Source: a virus
Virus record (IMG/VR): IMGVR_UViG_3300032236_001065
Span: 1 to 64,000 of that record
Length of the DNA: 64,000 bases
Reading direction: 5' to 3' (one strand)
Shown here: in pieces, positions 1 through 11,013 of the stretch
Layout of the letters: each line of letters opens with the position of its first letter
Position numbering within the stretch: the first letter of the stretch is position 1
Program-made: the position numbers and the translations under genes
Notes under the pieces: generated by a model
What the model was told of the DNA's origin: nothing
The model's database searches: none
Seen by the model: only the letters and a program-made list of their open reading frames with translations

Positions 1-1
1 A

Positions 2-2476
2 CAAGGCTTGCAAGGGCCTCAAGGAACACAGGGTCTGCAGGGAGTACAAGGTCCCCAAGGTACACAAGGTTTGCAAGGTGTGCAAGGCCCACAAGGAACA
101 CAGGGTCTGCAGGGAGTACAAGGACTACAGGGAATGCAGGGTGTGCAGGGCACACAAGGAACCCAGGGAACCCAGGGAATTCAAGGTCTTGTCGGACCAA
201 TTAATACACAAAATGCTCACCAATCAGTAGAAGCAGTTTCAGTAGGACTTCTTCCAAATTCTCCAGCATATACAGCGGGATCTGCAGATGCAGAAAATGG
301 AACTGGTGTAGGTGCATATCTTCAAGCTACAACAAATGGAACTTTATCTGTTGATGGATATACTTCGCCATATATTGCAATTGGTGATCGTATTCTTGTT
401 ACAGGACAAACCAATCAATCTCAAAATGGTATTTATGTTGTATCAGCAACAGGTGGTGCTTCAGCTAAATGGAAATTAACTCGTGCAACAGACTATAACA
501 ATAATGTGGCGGGACAAGTTGAAGAAGGAGACTATGTATTTGTAACTGATGGAACATCATACTCAAAGACAGTATGGATTCAGGTTGGAAATGGATCAAA
601 TCCTGACGGCACAATTATTATTGGTACAGATAATATTCAATTTGCTCAAACATCTGGACTTGGAGCACAGGGAATAACTGGTGCACAAGGAGCGGGTGGA
701 ACAAGAGCATACTGGGGTTCATTCTGGGATAATACAAATCAAACAGCTTCAAGCACAACAACTGCATATACAGTAGGAATTAATAGCACAGACTCAAATT
801 CCCTAGGTGTAAGCATTGTTAATGGAAATCAGATTACATTTGCTCATGCGGGCGTATATAATGTTCAATTCTCTATGCAATTAGTAAACACTGCATCTGC
901 AATTCATAATGTTAATATCTGGCTTCGCAAAAATGGTACAGATATTGCAGATTCAAATGGACAAGCCACAATTCCTGCAAAATCAGGAAGTTTAGCTGGT
1001 CAAAGTATTGCTTCATGGAACTATGTTTTGCAAGTTGCAGATAATGATTATTTGCAGCTTATGTGGCAAACAGAAAACACTGCAGTATCTATTGAAACTA
1101 TTCCAAGTGGAACTACTCCAAATACCCCAGAATCACCAGGAATTATTGTTACTGCAACACAAGTTGCATATGCAATTCAAGGAATACAGGGTCTTTCAGT
1201 TCAAGGAATTCAAGGCGTACAAGGCGTACAGGGTCCGCAAGGAACGCAGGGTCTTCAAGGTGTACAAGGTGCACAAGGAAATCAAGGAACACAGGGTTCT
1301 CAAGGAATTGGAATTCAAGGTCTATCTGGAACACAAGGAACGCAGGGATTACAAGGGGCAACTGGAGGATTACTCACTCCAACAAGCTATATTTCACAAG
1401 GTAGGCTGGCATCTGATTTTACAGTAACAGCAAATACTGATACATTGCTTCCATTTGTTGTTGATTTTGATCCACAAGGTTGGTGGAATCCAACAACAAA
1501 GAGACTTACACCAACTATTGCTGGTTATTACTTAGTTGATTACCAAGTTTGGTGGGCAGCGGGAGCTTCTGGAATCACTGGTCAAAATAATATTCAAGCT
1601 CGTAGAAATGGTAATACATTTATAGTTGACCAATTAACAATCAATTCAAATAACGGATATACGTTGGATGGAAATAAAGCCATATACATGAATGGTTCAA
1701 CAGACTATCTTGACTTTACTGCTTATACATCAAATACAACATCTCAAGTTATTCAGTATGGTGGTAATACATTGGGGCAAGGTACATTTTTTACCGCCAC
1801 ACTTATTACAAGTGGTACAGTTCAAGGAACTACAGGTTCACAAGGAACTGCAGGCTTTGTAGGTTCAAATGGATCTCAAGGTGTGCAAGGATATACTGGT
1901 TCACAAGGAACTGCTGGATTTGTTGGCTCAAACGGTTCACAAGGTGTACAAGGTTTACAAGGAGCAACTGGGGCGGGAGTTCAAGGAATACAAGGTCCTC
2001 AAGGTACATTAACATTAACTCCTGCAAGAACAGTAACAGAATTTCCAACACCAACATCTGGACAAACTACATTTTCAGTGTCATATACACCAGGATACAT
2101 TGATGTATTCCTAAATGGTGTAAGACTTGCATCTGCTGACTATACCGCCACAAATGGCACATCTGTTGTGCTGGCTACTGGCGTAAATTCAGGCGATGTT
2201 GTTAACGTTGTTACATACTCACTTGGCTTGGGTGCACAGGGAATTCAGGGAAGTGCTGGAACAATAGGAACCAATGGTGTTCAAGGAATTCAGGGTATTT
2301 CTGGAAATGCTACAGCATCTTATCAATATATAGCAAACAATGGTGTTCAGGCAACACAAAGATTAAAGTTAAACTTCGTGGGAGTTACAATTGCTGATGA
2401 TTCTGCTAATAATCAGACAACTGTTACAATTAGTGGAGGAAACACAGAAATTAATGCTATTATGGGAGTTTACTGA
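2..2476 (+). CDS. Collagen-like (Gly-X-Gln) virion fibre with several globular domains (two C1q/BclA-CTD-like, one 'VFLNGV..DYTA' domain); 5' end outside window
   Basis: Frame is open from base 2 (caa ggc ttg...). Several QGxQGx runs separated by beta-rich domains ([15 protein letters not shown]; ILVTGQT..QNGIYVV...W..TRA.D). Confidence 0.8.
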   Translation, partial: QGLQGPQGTQGLQGVQGPQGTQGLQGVQGPQGTQGLQGVQGLQGMQGVQGTQGTQGTQGIQGLVGPINTQNAHQSVEAVSVGLLPNSPAYTAGSADAENGTGVGAYLQATTNGTLSVDGYTSPYIAIGDRILVTGQTNQSQNGIYVVSATGGASAKWKLTRATDYNNNVAGQVEEGDYVFVTDGTSYSKTVWIQVGNGSNPDGTIIIGTDNIQFAQTSGLGAQGITGAQGAGGTRAYWGSFWDNTNQTASSTTTAYTVGINSTDSNSLGVSIVNGNQITFAHAGVYNVQFSMQLVNTASAIHNVNIWLRKNGTDIADSNGQATIPAKSGSLAGQSIASWNYVLQVADNDYLQLMWQTENTAVSIETIPSGTTPNTPESPGIIVTATQVAYAIQGIQGLSVQGIQGVQGVQGPQGTQGLQGVQGAQGNQGTQGSQGIGIQGLSGTQGTQGLQGATGGLLTPTSYISQGRLASDFTVTANTDTLLPFVVDFDPQGWWNPTTKRLTPTIAGYYLVDYQVWWAAGASGITGQNNIQARRNGNTFIVDQLTINSNNGYTLDGNKAIYMNGSTDYLDFTAYTSNTTSQVIQYGGNTLGQGTFFTATLITSGTVQGTTGSQGTAGFVGSNGSQGVQGYTGSQGTAGFVGSNGSQGVQGLQGATGAGVQGIQGPQGTLTLTPARTVTEFPTPTSGQTTFSVSYTPGYIDVFLNGVRLASADYTATNGTSVVLATGVNSGDVVNVVTYSLGLGAQGIQGSAGTIGTNGVQGIQGISGNATASYQYIANNGVQATQRLKLNFVGVTIADDSANNQTTVTISGGNTEINAIMGVY
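20..123 (+). repeat. Coding tandem repeat ([12 protein letters not shown], 36-nt unit)
   Basis: caaggaacacagggtctgcagggagtacaagg is identical at 20-51 and 92-123. Confidence 0.9.
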
Positions 2477-2781
2477 TGGCTACAAGCACAGCAACATTAT
2501 TTTATAGAGGAGCAGCAGCTACTAGCTCTACTACTCTCTATACCGTCCCAGCCAATACAACTTCTGTCCTAACAGATATAGTCATTTCAAGCACAGACTC
2601 AGCACAGCAGTCTGTAACAATCACCGTTGACGGTGTTGTATTAATTCCAGCAGTTCCTGTCCCCTCTAATAGCGTGGTGAATTTTCAGTTTAAGTCTGTA
2701 ATTGCAGCAGGTAAAATCGTTGCTGGTTATGCAGGATCAACAAACGTCAACTTCCACATATCAGGGGTACAGATTGCATGA
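2476..2781 (+). CDS. Small beta-rich virion/fibre-associated protein
   Basis: ORF coupled to neighbours (TGATG, ATGA); 'TLYTVP' motif common in phage fibre adaptors. Confidence 0.6.
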   Translation: MATSTATLFYRGAAATSSTTLYTVPANTTSVLTDIVISSTDSAQQSVTITVDGVVLIPAVPVPSNSVVNFQFKSVIAAGKIVAGYAGSTNVNFHISGVQIA

Positions 2782-4025
2782 CAATAGAACAGTACCCTAC
2801 ATCCAATAACGTAATCAACACACTTACATGGCGTTACAATGCCACAGGTGGAGAAACAACACTTTCAGGAACAGATTCGTTTGGTCAAGCTTTATCATAT
2901 ACGGCGGGAACTGAACAAGTATTCGTCAACGGCGTTCTAATCATTAGAAATGTTGACTATACAGCATCAAATGGATCTTCAGTTACATTAACACAAGCAT
3001 TAAATGCTGGCGATATATTCCAGGTATATGCAATATCTCCATACAATGTTTCTCAAATGCCAGCAGCATCTATTACTGGAACATTAACTTCAAATCAATT
3101 ATTTGTAAGCGGAACAACAACACAAAGAACTGCAACATCCCCATCAGCTGGGACATTATATTTTGACACAACATTGCAGCAGCTATTTATTTATACTGCA
3201 TATGGATGGGCAACTGCAAGTGCATCTCCATTCGCTACAGTATCTGGAGGAGTTTTAACTTCGGATACAACATACTATTATCGTACATTTACCTCTACTG
3301 GATCTTTATCGGTATCTAATGCTACATTAACAGCAGATATGCTTGTTATTTCAGGTGGCGGCGCTGGAAACATTGGTAAGTCGGGAGTTTATTATGGTGA
3401 AGGTGGTGGAGCAGGACAAGTAACATTAACTCTTGCTCAAAGTCTACCAATTTCTACATATTCAATTACTGTAGGTGCAGGTGGAGCTTCAATGTCAAAC
3501 GGAAACTTAGGGGCAGACGGATACTCTGGAACAGCATCACAAGTTCAAACTTTTACTGCTGGAACTCCAGGTGGAGGAGGACTTTATAACACTGGTTATG
3601 GAGGAACTTCTGGCAATGGATTTATTGGAGGAGCACCAAATGCAACAGCTGGCGGTGGCGGCGGCGGAGCGTCTGTAGTTGGAGGATCAGCACCAAACTC
3701 AACAACACCTGGAAATGGTGGAAATGGATTGGGTGGAACTGGTTACACAAGCTATGCAGTATTAGATGGTATTGGAGCTGCAACTTCAACTGGTCAGTTG
3801 TCATCTTCACATTATTACTATGGCGGTGGCGGCGGAGGTACTCAAGGCAATACTATTGGATCTGGCGGCCTAGGCGGTGGCGGAGGCACAAGTACTTCTA
3901 CTGTAAATGCAACAGCAAACACTGGCGGCGGCGGAGCAGCAGGATCTTATCAAGCTTTTGTCCCAGGAACTGGCGGTTCAGGTTTAGTGGTTATTCGTTA
4001 TACAAGAGCATCGGTGGGTGGTTAA
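2778..4025 (+). CDS. Glycine-rich fibre/adhesin paralog 1
   Basis: N-terminal VFVNGV..DYTA domain, YFDTTL motif, GG.LTSD.TYYYRTF, polyGly blocks, ends GGSGLVVIRYTRASVGG. Confidence 0.8.
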   Translation: MTIEQYPTSNNVINTLTWRYNATGGETTLSGTDSFGQALSYTAGTEQVFVNGVLIIRNVDYTASNGSSVTLTQALNAGDIFQVYAISPYNVSQMPAASITGTLTSNQLFVSGTTTQRTATSPSAGTLYFDTTLQQLFIYTAYGWATASASPFATVSGGVLTSDTTYYYRTFTSTGSLSVSNATLTADMLVISGGGAGNIGKSGVYYGEGGGAGQVTLTLAQSLPISTYSITVGAGGASMSNGNLGADGYSGTASQVQTFTAGTPGGGGLYNTGYGGTSGNGFIGGAPNATAGGGGGGASVVGGSAPNSTTPGNGGNGLGGTGYTSYAVLDGIGAATSTGQLSSSHYYYGGGGGGTQGNTIGSGGLGGGGGTSTSTVNATANTGGGGAAGSYQAFVPGTGGSGLVVIRYTRASVGG

Positions 4026-4028
4026 TAA

Positions 4029-5339
4029 ATGACAACAAGTATGTATCCAACTCCAAAATCTTCAATTACATCTGCTATATGGCGTTATAATGCGACGGGA
4101 GGAGAGACAAGTCTCTCTGGTAATGATATAACAGGAGCACCATTAAATTATCAACCTAACCAAGAAGAATTATATCTAAATGGTGTCCTATTAGTAAGAG
4201 GTACAGATTATACTGCTACAGATGGTATAACAATTTCAGGTTTAGCTGCATTATCTGCAGGTGATTATGTTCAAATTCATTCATATAATAATTCAACAAC
4301 TGCAAATGCACTTACATTGGGTTCTACAATTGTTAATTTAGGGCAAACAACTTCTACAGTATCTGGATTAAGTTTAAATAATGCTACAGTTACTATTTCT
4401 TCAGGATCTACAAGTTCCCGCCCAGCAACCCCAAATGTTGGACAATTATATTATGATACAACTCTAAGTTCTTTAATTATTTGGAATGGATCTTCATGGG
4501 GCAATGTTTATTCAGCTTACCCAATAGTAACTGGAGGAACTTTAACTTCAGATGCAACTTATTATTACCGTACATTTACATCAAGTTCAAACCTAGTTAT
4601 TTCTACCAATGCATTAACTGCAGATATACTTATGGTTTCAGGCGGTGGCGGTGGATCTAATAGCGGTGCTATTGGTTCGGGCGGTGGCGGTGGAGCACTT
4701 TATTATTCACCAGGATTAATTTTTAATACGGGAACAACTGCAATAGTAGTTGGTGCTGGCGGTGCAGCAGATTCAACAAGTTCTGGGCCTGGAGCAGCTG
4801 GATCATCATCTAGTTTTGGTTCAACATCAATTTCATATAGCAATGGTGCAACAGGTAGTGGTGGTTCTACAGGAGGAAATGGTGGTAATTCCGAAAGCAT
4901 TATAAGCGGAACTACTACTACATACACTGGAGGAACAGGTGCTGGACCTGCGGGTTCTCGCCGTGGAGGTTCTGGTGCTGGAGCTGGAGCAAATGGCTCA
5001 AGCTCTTATCCTGCAGTTGGCGGTGCTGGAGTTAACACATATTCTTCTTGGGCAACAGCTACTTCTACAGGTGCAAACAGCGGATATTATGCTGGTGGTG
5101 GTGCTGGAGGATATGAATATAATGGCAGCTATTCACAGACCGCTGGAGGTTTAGGCGGAGGCGGCGTTGGCGGAGCTGGAACTTCTAATCCAAACTATAA
5201 TGCTGGAAATGGTACAGCAAATACTGGCGGCGGTGGTGGTGGTTGCGGAGGTCAAGCAAGTGTAGTTGGAGGAGCTTCAGGTGCTGGCGGTTCAGGAATT
5301 GTTATTGTTCGTTATACAAGATCTCAGGTAGGTGGATAA
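4029..5339 (+). CDS. Glycine-rich fibre/adhesin paralog 2
   Basis: Same architecture as paralog 1; ends RYTRSQVGG. Confidence 0.8.
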   Translation: MTTSMYPTPKSSITSAIWRYNATGGETSLSGNDITGAPLNYQPNQEELYLNGVLLVRGTDYTATDGITISGLAALSAGDYVQIHSYNNSTTANALTLGSTIVNLGQTTSTVSGLSLNNATVTISSGSTSSRPATPNVGQLYYDTTLSSLIIWNGSSWGNVYSAYPIVTGGTLTSDATYYYRTFTSSSNLVISTNALTADILMVSGGGGGSNSGAIGSGGGGGALYYSPGLIFNTGTTAIVVGAGGAADSTSSGPGAAGSSSSFGSTSISYSNGATGSGGSTGGNGGNSESIISGTTTTYTGGTGAGPAGSRRGGSGAGAGANGSSSYPAVGGAGVNTYSSWATATSTGANSGYYAGGGAGGYEYNGSYSQTAGGLGGGGVGGAGTSNPNYNAGNGTANTGGGGGGCGGQASVVGGASGAGGSGIVIVRYTRSQVGG

Positions 5340-6529
5340 TGTCCAAAGCTAGAGATATTGCAAGTGCTAAATCATTAAAGGCGGGGACTACAAGTAACCG
5401 CCCCTCTTCTCCTAATATAGGAGATTTATATTTTGATACAACAATTGATGATATGTTTGAGTATACTCAGGCGGGATGGATACAAATTGGATCAGAAGTT
5501 CCAAGACCCCCAACTATTGGAACAATTGTTACATATGGCAGTGGAGCAGCAACAGTTCCATTCACTCCATCTACTCAAGGAGCGGCAGCTGGTACATATA
5601 CTGTAATTTCTAATACAGGAGGATTTACTGCTACAGGTACTACTAGCCCCATAGTTGTATCTGGATCATTTAATGCTGGATCTTCTTATACATTTACTGT
5701 TACAGCAACAAATGGAAATGGAACCTCTACTTCATCTTCTGCAAGCAACTCTGTTATACCTTATTCACTACCAACAGTAACTGGTGGAACCTTGACTTCT
5801 GACGCAACATACTATTATAGAACTTTTACAGCCAGTTCAACATTAGTTATTTCAAATGCTCCTCTTACAGCAGATGTATTTATTGCAGGAGGCGGAGGCG
5901 GTGGTGGTGGTGCTGGTGTATGGACAGATACTCGTGGCGGCGGCGGCGGCGGATATACATCATTAAATAGTGGAGTATCACTTAGTTCTTCAATAGCCGT
6001 AGTTGTTGGTGCAGGCGGTGCAGGAGGTTCAAGTAGTGGTCAAAATGGAAGTAATGGTGCTGCATCTAGCCTAGGATCGTATACTGCAAATGCAGGTTAT
6101 GGAGCTGTAGGTGCAAGTGGAGGGGCGGGAGGCTCTGGCGGAGCAGGTTCGGCTGGTGGAACTCCAAGTACAACTCCTGGAGGAACTGGAGGAACAAATG
6201 GTTCCAATGGAGGCAATGGAGCTGCAGGTTCAGGAGGAGCTGGGCAAGGAACAACTACCTATAATACTTGGAACGGAAACATATATTATGGCGGCGGCGG
6301 TGGCGGTGGTTCATGCTCATATGGAACTGGAGGCGGAGCAGGAGGAGCTACGGGTGGTGGACAAGCAGGCGGAAATGGCGGATCTGGTAGCGATGGAACA
6401 GCAAACTCTGGCGGCGGCGGCGGTGGTGGCGGTGGAGACTACGGTGGAGCTGGAGCTCATGGATACGGTGGAGCAGGCGGATCAGGTAAAGTAATTGTTA
6501 GATACACAAGAGCACAAGTTGGTGGATAA
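5339..6529 (+). CDS. Glycine-rich paralog 3 with FN3-like domain (start corrected to ATG 5339, MSKARDIA)
   Basis: TAATG overlap with upstream stop; PRPPTIG...YTFTVTATNGNG.S..S..SNSV FN3 signature; ends RYTRAQVGG. Confidence 0.8.
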   Translation: MSKARDIASAKSLKAGTTSNRPSSPNIGDLYFDTTIDDMFEYTQAGWIQIGSEVPRPPTIGTIVTYGSGAATVPFTPSTQGAAAGTYTVISNTGGFTATGTTSPIVVSGSFNAGSSYTFTVTATNGNGTSTSSSASNSVIPYSLPTVTGGTLTSDATYYYRTFTASSTLVISNAPLTADVFIAGGGGGGGGAGVWTDTRGGGGGGYTSLNSGVSLSSSIAVVVGAGGAGGSSSGQNGSNGAASSLGSYTANAGYGAVGASGGAGGSGGAGSAGGTPSTTPGGTGGTNGSNGGNGAAGSGGAGQGTTTYNTWNGNIYYGGGGGGGSCSYGTGGGAGGATGGGQAGGNGGSGSDGTANSGGGGGGGGGDYGGAGAHGYGGAGGSGKVIVRYTRAQVGG

Positions 6530-7704
6530 TGTCAAAAGCAAGGGATATTGCAAATAAGAAACCAGTAAAATTTGGATCTACTGCAAATAGACCAGCATCT
6601 CCAGCTGTAGGTCAAATTTACTATGATACTACCTTAGATGATTTAATTGAATATACTTCGGCGGGATGGGTACAGATTTCTTCTCAAATTCCCCGCACTC
6701 CAACTATAGGAACAGCTACAGTAATATCAACAACACAAGTATCATTAAGCTTTAGTCAAAATACACAAGGCGCAGTTGCTACATCATTTGTTGCTACATC
6801 AAATACTGGAAATTTTACAGGAACTGGAAATAGCAGCCCTATAATTATAAATGGTTCATTTGCAGCAGGAACTTCATATACATTTACTATAATTGCTAAA
6901 AATGGAAATGGTTCATCATCTTCAAGTGGTGCAAGTAATTCAGTTGCCCCAGCTCCAGTATTAATAACTGGAGGAACATTAACTTCTGATGCTACTTACT
7001 ACTATAGAACATTTACTTCAACGGGAAATCTTACGGTGCTTGGAAATCTAACGGCAGATGTTTTGGTTATTGCAGGTGGCGGAGCAGGAGCCTATGGATA
7101 TGCTGGCGGAGGTGGTGCTGGAGGACTTCTTTATTTTCCTGCAACAGCATTAACAACAGGTTCTTATACAGCTACAATTGGAGCAGGAGGTACTATTAGC
7201 ACTTCAGGCTACAATACTGGAGGAAATGGAAATAATTCTCAATTTGGTTCATTGACACCAGTTTGTTATGGTGGCGGTGGCGGTGCCATTTACGGAAATA
7301 CTGGAAATTCTGGTGGTTCGGGCGGTGGCGGTGGTTGGTCTGGCGGATCGGGCGGTTCAGGAACATCAGGTCAAGGTCACAATGGAAGTAGCAGATACCC
7401 AGGTGGTGGCGGTGGTGGCGGAGCAGGTGGAGATGCTAGTGGTAATGACGGTGGTCCAGGAACTTCAGACTATTCATCGTGGGCTTTAGCAACATCTACA
7501 GGAGTTTTATATAGTGGTTCTTATTACTATGCAGGTGGCGGTGGTGGAGAATATAGTAGTAATTCAACAAACGGAAGAGTTCCTGGTTATACAGCTGGTC
7601 CAGCAAATTCAGGAAGTGGTGCGGGTGGAAACAACAGTTCTAACCCTTCAGGCGGCTCGGGAATAGTTATTGTTAGATATACAAGAAGTCAGGTAGGCGG
7701 GTAA
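6529..7704 (+). CDS. Glycine-rich paralog 4 with FN3-like domain
   Basis: MSKARDIA start, FN3 signature, ends RYTRSQVGG. Confidence 0.8.
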   Translation: MSKARDIANKKPVKFGSTANRPASPAVGQIYYDTTLDDLIEYTSAGWVQISSQIPRTPTIGTATVISTTQVSLSFSQNTQGAVATSFVATSNTGNFTGTGNSSPIIINGSFAAGTSYTFTIIAKNGNGSSSSSGASNSVAPAPVLITGGTLTSDATYYYRTFTSTGNLTVLGNLTADVLVIAGGGAGAYGYAGGGGAGGLLYFPATALTTGSYTATIGAGGTISTSGYNTGGNGNNSQFGSLTPVCYGGGGGAIYGNTGNSGGSGGGGGWSGGSGGSGTSGQGHNGSSRYPGGGGGGGAGGDASGNDGGPGTSDYSSWALATSTGVLYSGSYYYAGGGGGEYSSNSTNGRVPGYTAGPANSGSGAGGNNSSNPSGGSGIVIVRYTRSQVGG

Positions 7705-8819
7705 TGTCAAAAAATAGAGATAGATCTACATCATCAGGAAAAATTGGACCTACATCAGCTATACCAAGTAACCCATATATTGGGCAAAAATATTTTGACA
7801 CAACTTTACAACAATTTTTTAATTATACAACTGCAGGATGGTTAGCAGTTCATCAACTCCCGCCACTTGTTGTAACTGGCGGAACATTAACATCTGATAC
7901 AACATACTATTATAGAACTTTTACAACTACTGGAAATTTAGTTGTTACTGGTGGAACTGGATTATCATTTGATTATTTAGTTATTGCAGGCGGTGGCGGT
8001 GGCGGTGGCGAATGGTATACACCTGGAGGCAATATTGGTGGTGCAGGCGGCGGTGCTGGAGGTCTTCGTTCTACTGTAACTGCAACAGGTGGTGGTGGTA
8101 CTTTAGAGTCAACTTTATTTGCATCAACAGGTATAATCTATGCGATAACAGTTGGTGCGGGAGGAGCAGGCGGTAATGGTTCATCTCAAACTAAATCTCA
8201 AATTGGTTCTAATTCAAGCATTATAGGTGGTTCAGTTTCCATATCTTCAACAGGTGGTGGTCGTGGAGGAGATTCCGCTTACCCTTCAGATGCCACATAT
8301 GGTTCTGGCGGAACAGGTGGTTCTGGTGGTGGAAGTGTTGCTCAATACGGAACAGAAACAATAGGAAGCGGAACTAGCAATCAAGGATATTCAGGAGGAG
8401 CGGGTAATGGCGTATCTCCAGCCTATGGCGCAGGCGGCGGTGGCGGAGCAGGTGCTGTAGGAAGTAATGGAAGCTCTAGTGCGGCAGGTACTGGTGGAAA
8501 TGGCGTTTTAATTTCAGCTTTGGCTACACCAACTTCAACTGGTGCATCAGGTTATTATGCAGGTGGTGGCGGCGGAGGTTATTATGGCTCAGGCTCTACA
8601 ACCCCCGCTGCTGGAGGTTCTGGCGGCGGAGGATCTGGAAATTATCGTTATGCTGCAAGCGGAAATGGAAACGCAAGCGGTTATGCTGGAACTGCAAACA
8701 CTGGCGGAGGCGGTGGTGGTTCAGGTGGTTCACAAGGTGGAACAGCTTGGCAAAATGGCGGTAATGGTGGAAGTGGTTTAGTTATTATTAGATATACTCG
8801 TACTCAAGTAGGCGGGTAA
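7704..8819 (+). CDS. Glycine-rich paralog 5
   Basis: PYIGQKYFDTTLQQ, polyGly domain, ends RYTRTQVGG. Confidence 0.8.
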   Translation: MSKNRDRSTSSGKIGPTSAIPSNPYIGQKYFDTTLQQFFNYTTAGWLAVHQLPPLVVTGGTLTSDTTYYYRTFTTTGNLVVTGGTGLSFDYLVIAGGGGGGGEWYTPGGNIGGAGGGAGGLRSTVTATGGGGTLESTLFASTGIIYAITVGAGGAGGNGSSQTKSQIGSNSSIIGGSVSISSTGGGRGGDSAYPSDATYGSGGTGGSGGGSVAQYGTETIGSGTSNQGYSGGAGNGVSPAYGAGGGGGAGAVGSNGSSSAAGTGGNGVLISALATPTSTGASGYYAGGGGGGYYGSGSTTPAAGGSGGGGSGNYRYAASGNGNASGYAGTANTGGGGGGSGGSQGGTAWQNGGNGGSGLVIIRYTRTQVGG

Positions 8820-8840
8820 CTAAAAGAATGATAAAATATA
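8811..8840 (+). repeat. 30-bp gene-end/promoter cassette, copy 1 (contains TGATAAAAT extended -10)
   Basis: ggcgggtaactaaaagaatgataaaatata is identical to 10971-11000. Confidence 0.9.
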
Positions 8841-8855
8841 TTAATTGGAGATTAA

Positions 8856-9926
8856 ATGTCAAGAGCTAGAGATGTTTCAAATACAGGATATTCAATAGGG
8901 CCCACAACATCCCGCCCATCTTCTCCATATATCGGACAAGAATATTTTGACACTACATTGCAAGAATTAATTACGTATTCATCCGTTGGTTGGGTAGCAG
9001 CTGGAATATCTGCAATACCAGTAGTATCAGGCGGAACACTTTTTTCAGATACAACATATTATTATAGATTGTTTACATCTTCTTCAAATTTGGTAGTTTC
9101 TGGACAATCTTTAACTGCAGATATTTTGCAAGTTGCAGGCGGCGGGTCTGGCGGAAGATATGGCGGAGGCGGAGGTGCAGGAGGAGTTGTTTATATAAAT
9201 TCTCAATCACTTACCCCACAATCATATTCGGTAACCGTTGGTGCAGGAGCAGCGGGATATGCAGGAGATGCTCAAAATGGAGGACAAGCAAGCAATGGAA
9301 ACAATAGTGCATTTGGAGCCTTAGTTCAAGCGGTAGGCGGTGGCGGTGGTGGACTTTATCAAAATAACAAAAATGTAAGCTCAGCAGGAGCAGCAGGTGG
9401 GTCAGGTGGTGGCGGAGCAATGTACAATATTAGTGCAAGCACAGCCGCAGGAGGATCTTCAAACCAAACAACTGGTAGCGGATATACTGTTTATGGCAAT
9501 TCTGGAGGAAATGGTGGTTTGTATAACAGTATTGATGCTGGAGGTGGTGGAGGAGCAGGAGCATCTGGAAACAATGGTACTTCAAGTGGTGCAGGAACAG
9601 GAGGAAATGGAACTTCAGCATATTCTTCGTGGGGACTAGCAACTTCAACTGGTCAAAACGTTGCTGGAACAGTTTATTTTGCTGGCGGTGGCGGTGGCGG
9701 ATCTGTTAAATCAAATACCCGTGCCTCTGGAGGCTATGGCGGAGGAGGTTCGGGAGAGTATTCAAACAATACATCAACAACTTCTTCAATTGTAGATGCA
9801 TTAACAAACACAGGTGGTGGCGGTGGAGGAAACCCAGATGTCTATGTTAGCGGAGTTTGGAGAGCAGGAAATGGTGGTTCAGGAGTAGTCATTGTTCGCT
9901 ATACTAAAGCATCAGTAGGCGGGTAA
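8856..9926 (+). CDS. Glycine-rich paralog 6
   Basis: MSRARDV, YFDTTLQ, polyGly, ends RYTKASVGG; GGAG SD. Confidence 0.8.
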   Translation: MSRARDVSNTGYSIGPTTSRPSSPYIGQEYFDTTLQELITYSSVGWVAAGISAIPVVSGGTLFSDTTYYYRLFTSSSNLVVSGQSLTADILQVAGGGSGGRYGGGGGAGGVVYINSQSLTPQSYSVTVGAGAAGYAGDAQNGGQASNGNNSAFGALVQAVGGGGGGLYQNNKNVSSAGAAGGSGGGGAMYNISASTAAGGSSNQTTGSGYTVYGNSGGNGGLYNSIDAGGGGGAGASGNNGTSSGAGTGGNGTSAYSSWGLATSTGQNVAGTVYFAGGGGGGSVKSNTRASGGYGGGGSGEYSNNTSTTSSIVDALTNTGGGGGGNPDVYVSGVWRAGNGGSGVVIVRYTKASVGG

Positions 9927-9932
9927 TAAATA

Positions 9933-10979
9933 ATGGGTCGCATTAGAGATATGGCACAATCAGCAAGATCTATTAATACTACTTCTAATCGCCCCGCAAA
10001 TCCTTATATAGGTCAAAAATATTTTGATACAACATTACAACAGTTATTAAATTATACAAGTGCTGGCTGGTATCCAGTAAATACATATCCAGTTGCAACA
10101 GTAACTGGTGGTACATTATATTCAGACACAACATACTATTATAGAGCATTTACTGCTACTGGAAATTTAACTGTTTCAACATTACCATTAACTGCAGATA
10201 TTCTTATTGTAGCAGGCGGTGGCGGTGGCGGTGGACTTGCAGGTGCTGGTGGAGGTGCTGGCGGATTGCTATATTTATCAAGTCAAAGCTTATCAACAGG
10301 AACACATACTTCAACTATAGGTGCAGGTGCAGCAGGCATAGGTGCTTGGTCAGCAACAATAAATGGTTCAAATTCTCAATTTGACTCAAACATTGCTTTA
10401 GGTGGTGGTGGCGGCGGCGGTGCTAACCAGACAGGTGCTTCTGGTGGTTCTGGCGGCGGTGGCGGTGGTGGATATGAATCAGCTGCTGGCGGAGCTGGGG
10501 GAACAGGAACTTCTCCTCAAGGAAACAATGGCGGCTCAGGAGCAAATGGTAACGGTTCTTTAGGTCACTCAGGTTCTGGCGGTGGCGGTGGCGGTGCTTC
10601 TACCGCTGGAGGATCTGGAACAACAAATGCAAACGGAGGATCTGGAAGTTCAGCTTACTCAGCTTGGCTATTAGCAACAAGCTTAGGTCAAAATGTTTCT
10701 GGTACATATTACATTGCTGGCGGTGGCGGTGGTGGCGGAGGTTATAACACTTCTTCTATCGTGGGTACTGGTGGTAATGGTGGAGGAGCTAATGGTGGAG
10801 CAGCAGGTTCTGGAGTAGGCGGCAACGGTGGTGCAGGTGCAGGTTCATCCGCAAATAGTAATACAGGTGGCGGCGGCGGCGGTGGCGGTGGCGGTCAAGG
10901 TGGCGGCGGTCAAGGTGGCGGCAATGGCGGCTCTGGATTAATAATTATTCGCTACACTCGCACACAAGTGGGCGGGTAA
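9933..10979 (+). CDS. Glycine-rich paralog 7
   Basis: Same motifs; ends RYTRTQVGG. Confidence 0.8.
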   Translation: MGRIRDMAQSARSINTTSNRPANPYIGQKYFDTTLQQLLNYTSAGWYPVNTYPVATVTGGTLYSDTTYYYRAFTATGNLTVSTLPLTADILIVAGGGGGGGLAGAGGGAGGLLYLSSQSLSTGTHTSTIGAGAAGIGAWSATINGSNSQFDSNIALGGGGGGGANQTGASGGSGGGGGGGYESAAGGAGGTGTSPQGNNGGSGANGNGSLGHSGSGGGGGGASTAGGSGTTNANGGSGSSAYSAWLLATSLGQNVSGTYYIAGGGGGGGGYNTSSIVGTGGNGGGANGGAAGSGVGGNGGAGAGSSANSNTGGGGGGGGGGQGGGGQGGGNGGSGLIIIRYTRTQVGG

Positions 10980-11000
10980 CTAAAAGAATGATAAAATATA
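10971..11000 (+). repeat. 30-bp gene-end/promoter cassette, copy 2
   Basis: Identical to 8811-8840. Confidence 0.9.
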
Positions 11001-11013
11001 CACAGGAGATTAA

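Noticed and set aside
5243-5338. N-terminal extension of paralog 3 in the ORF track
   Set aside because: Overlaps the upstream gene; paralogs begin MSKARD at the TAATG-coupled ATG 5339
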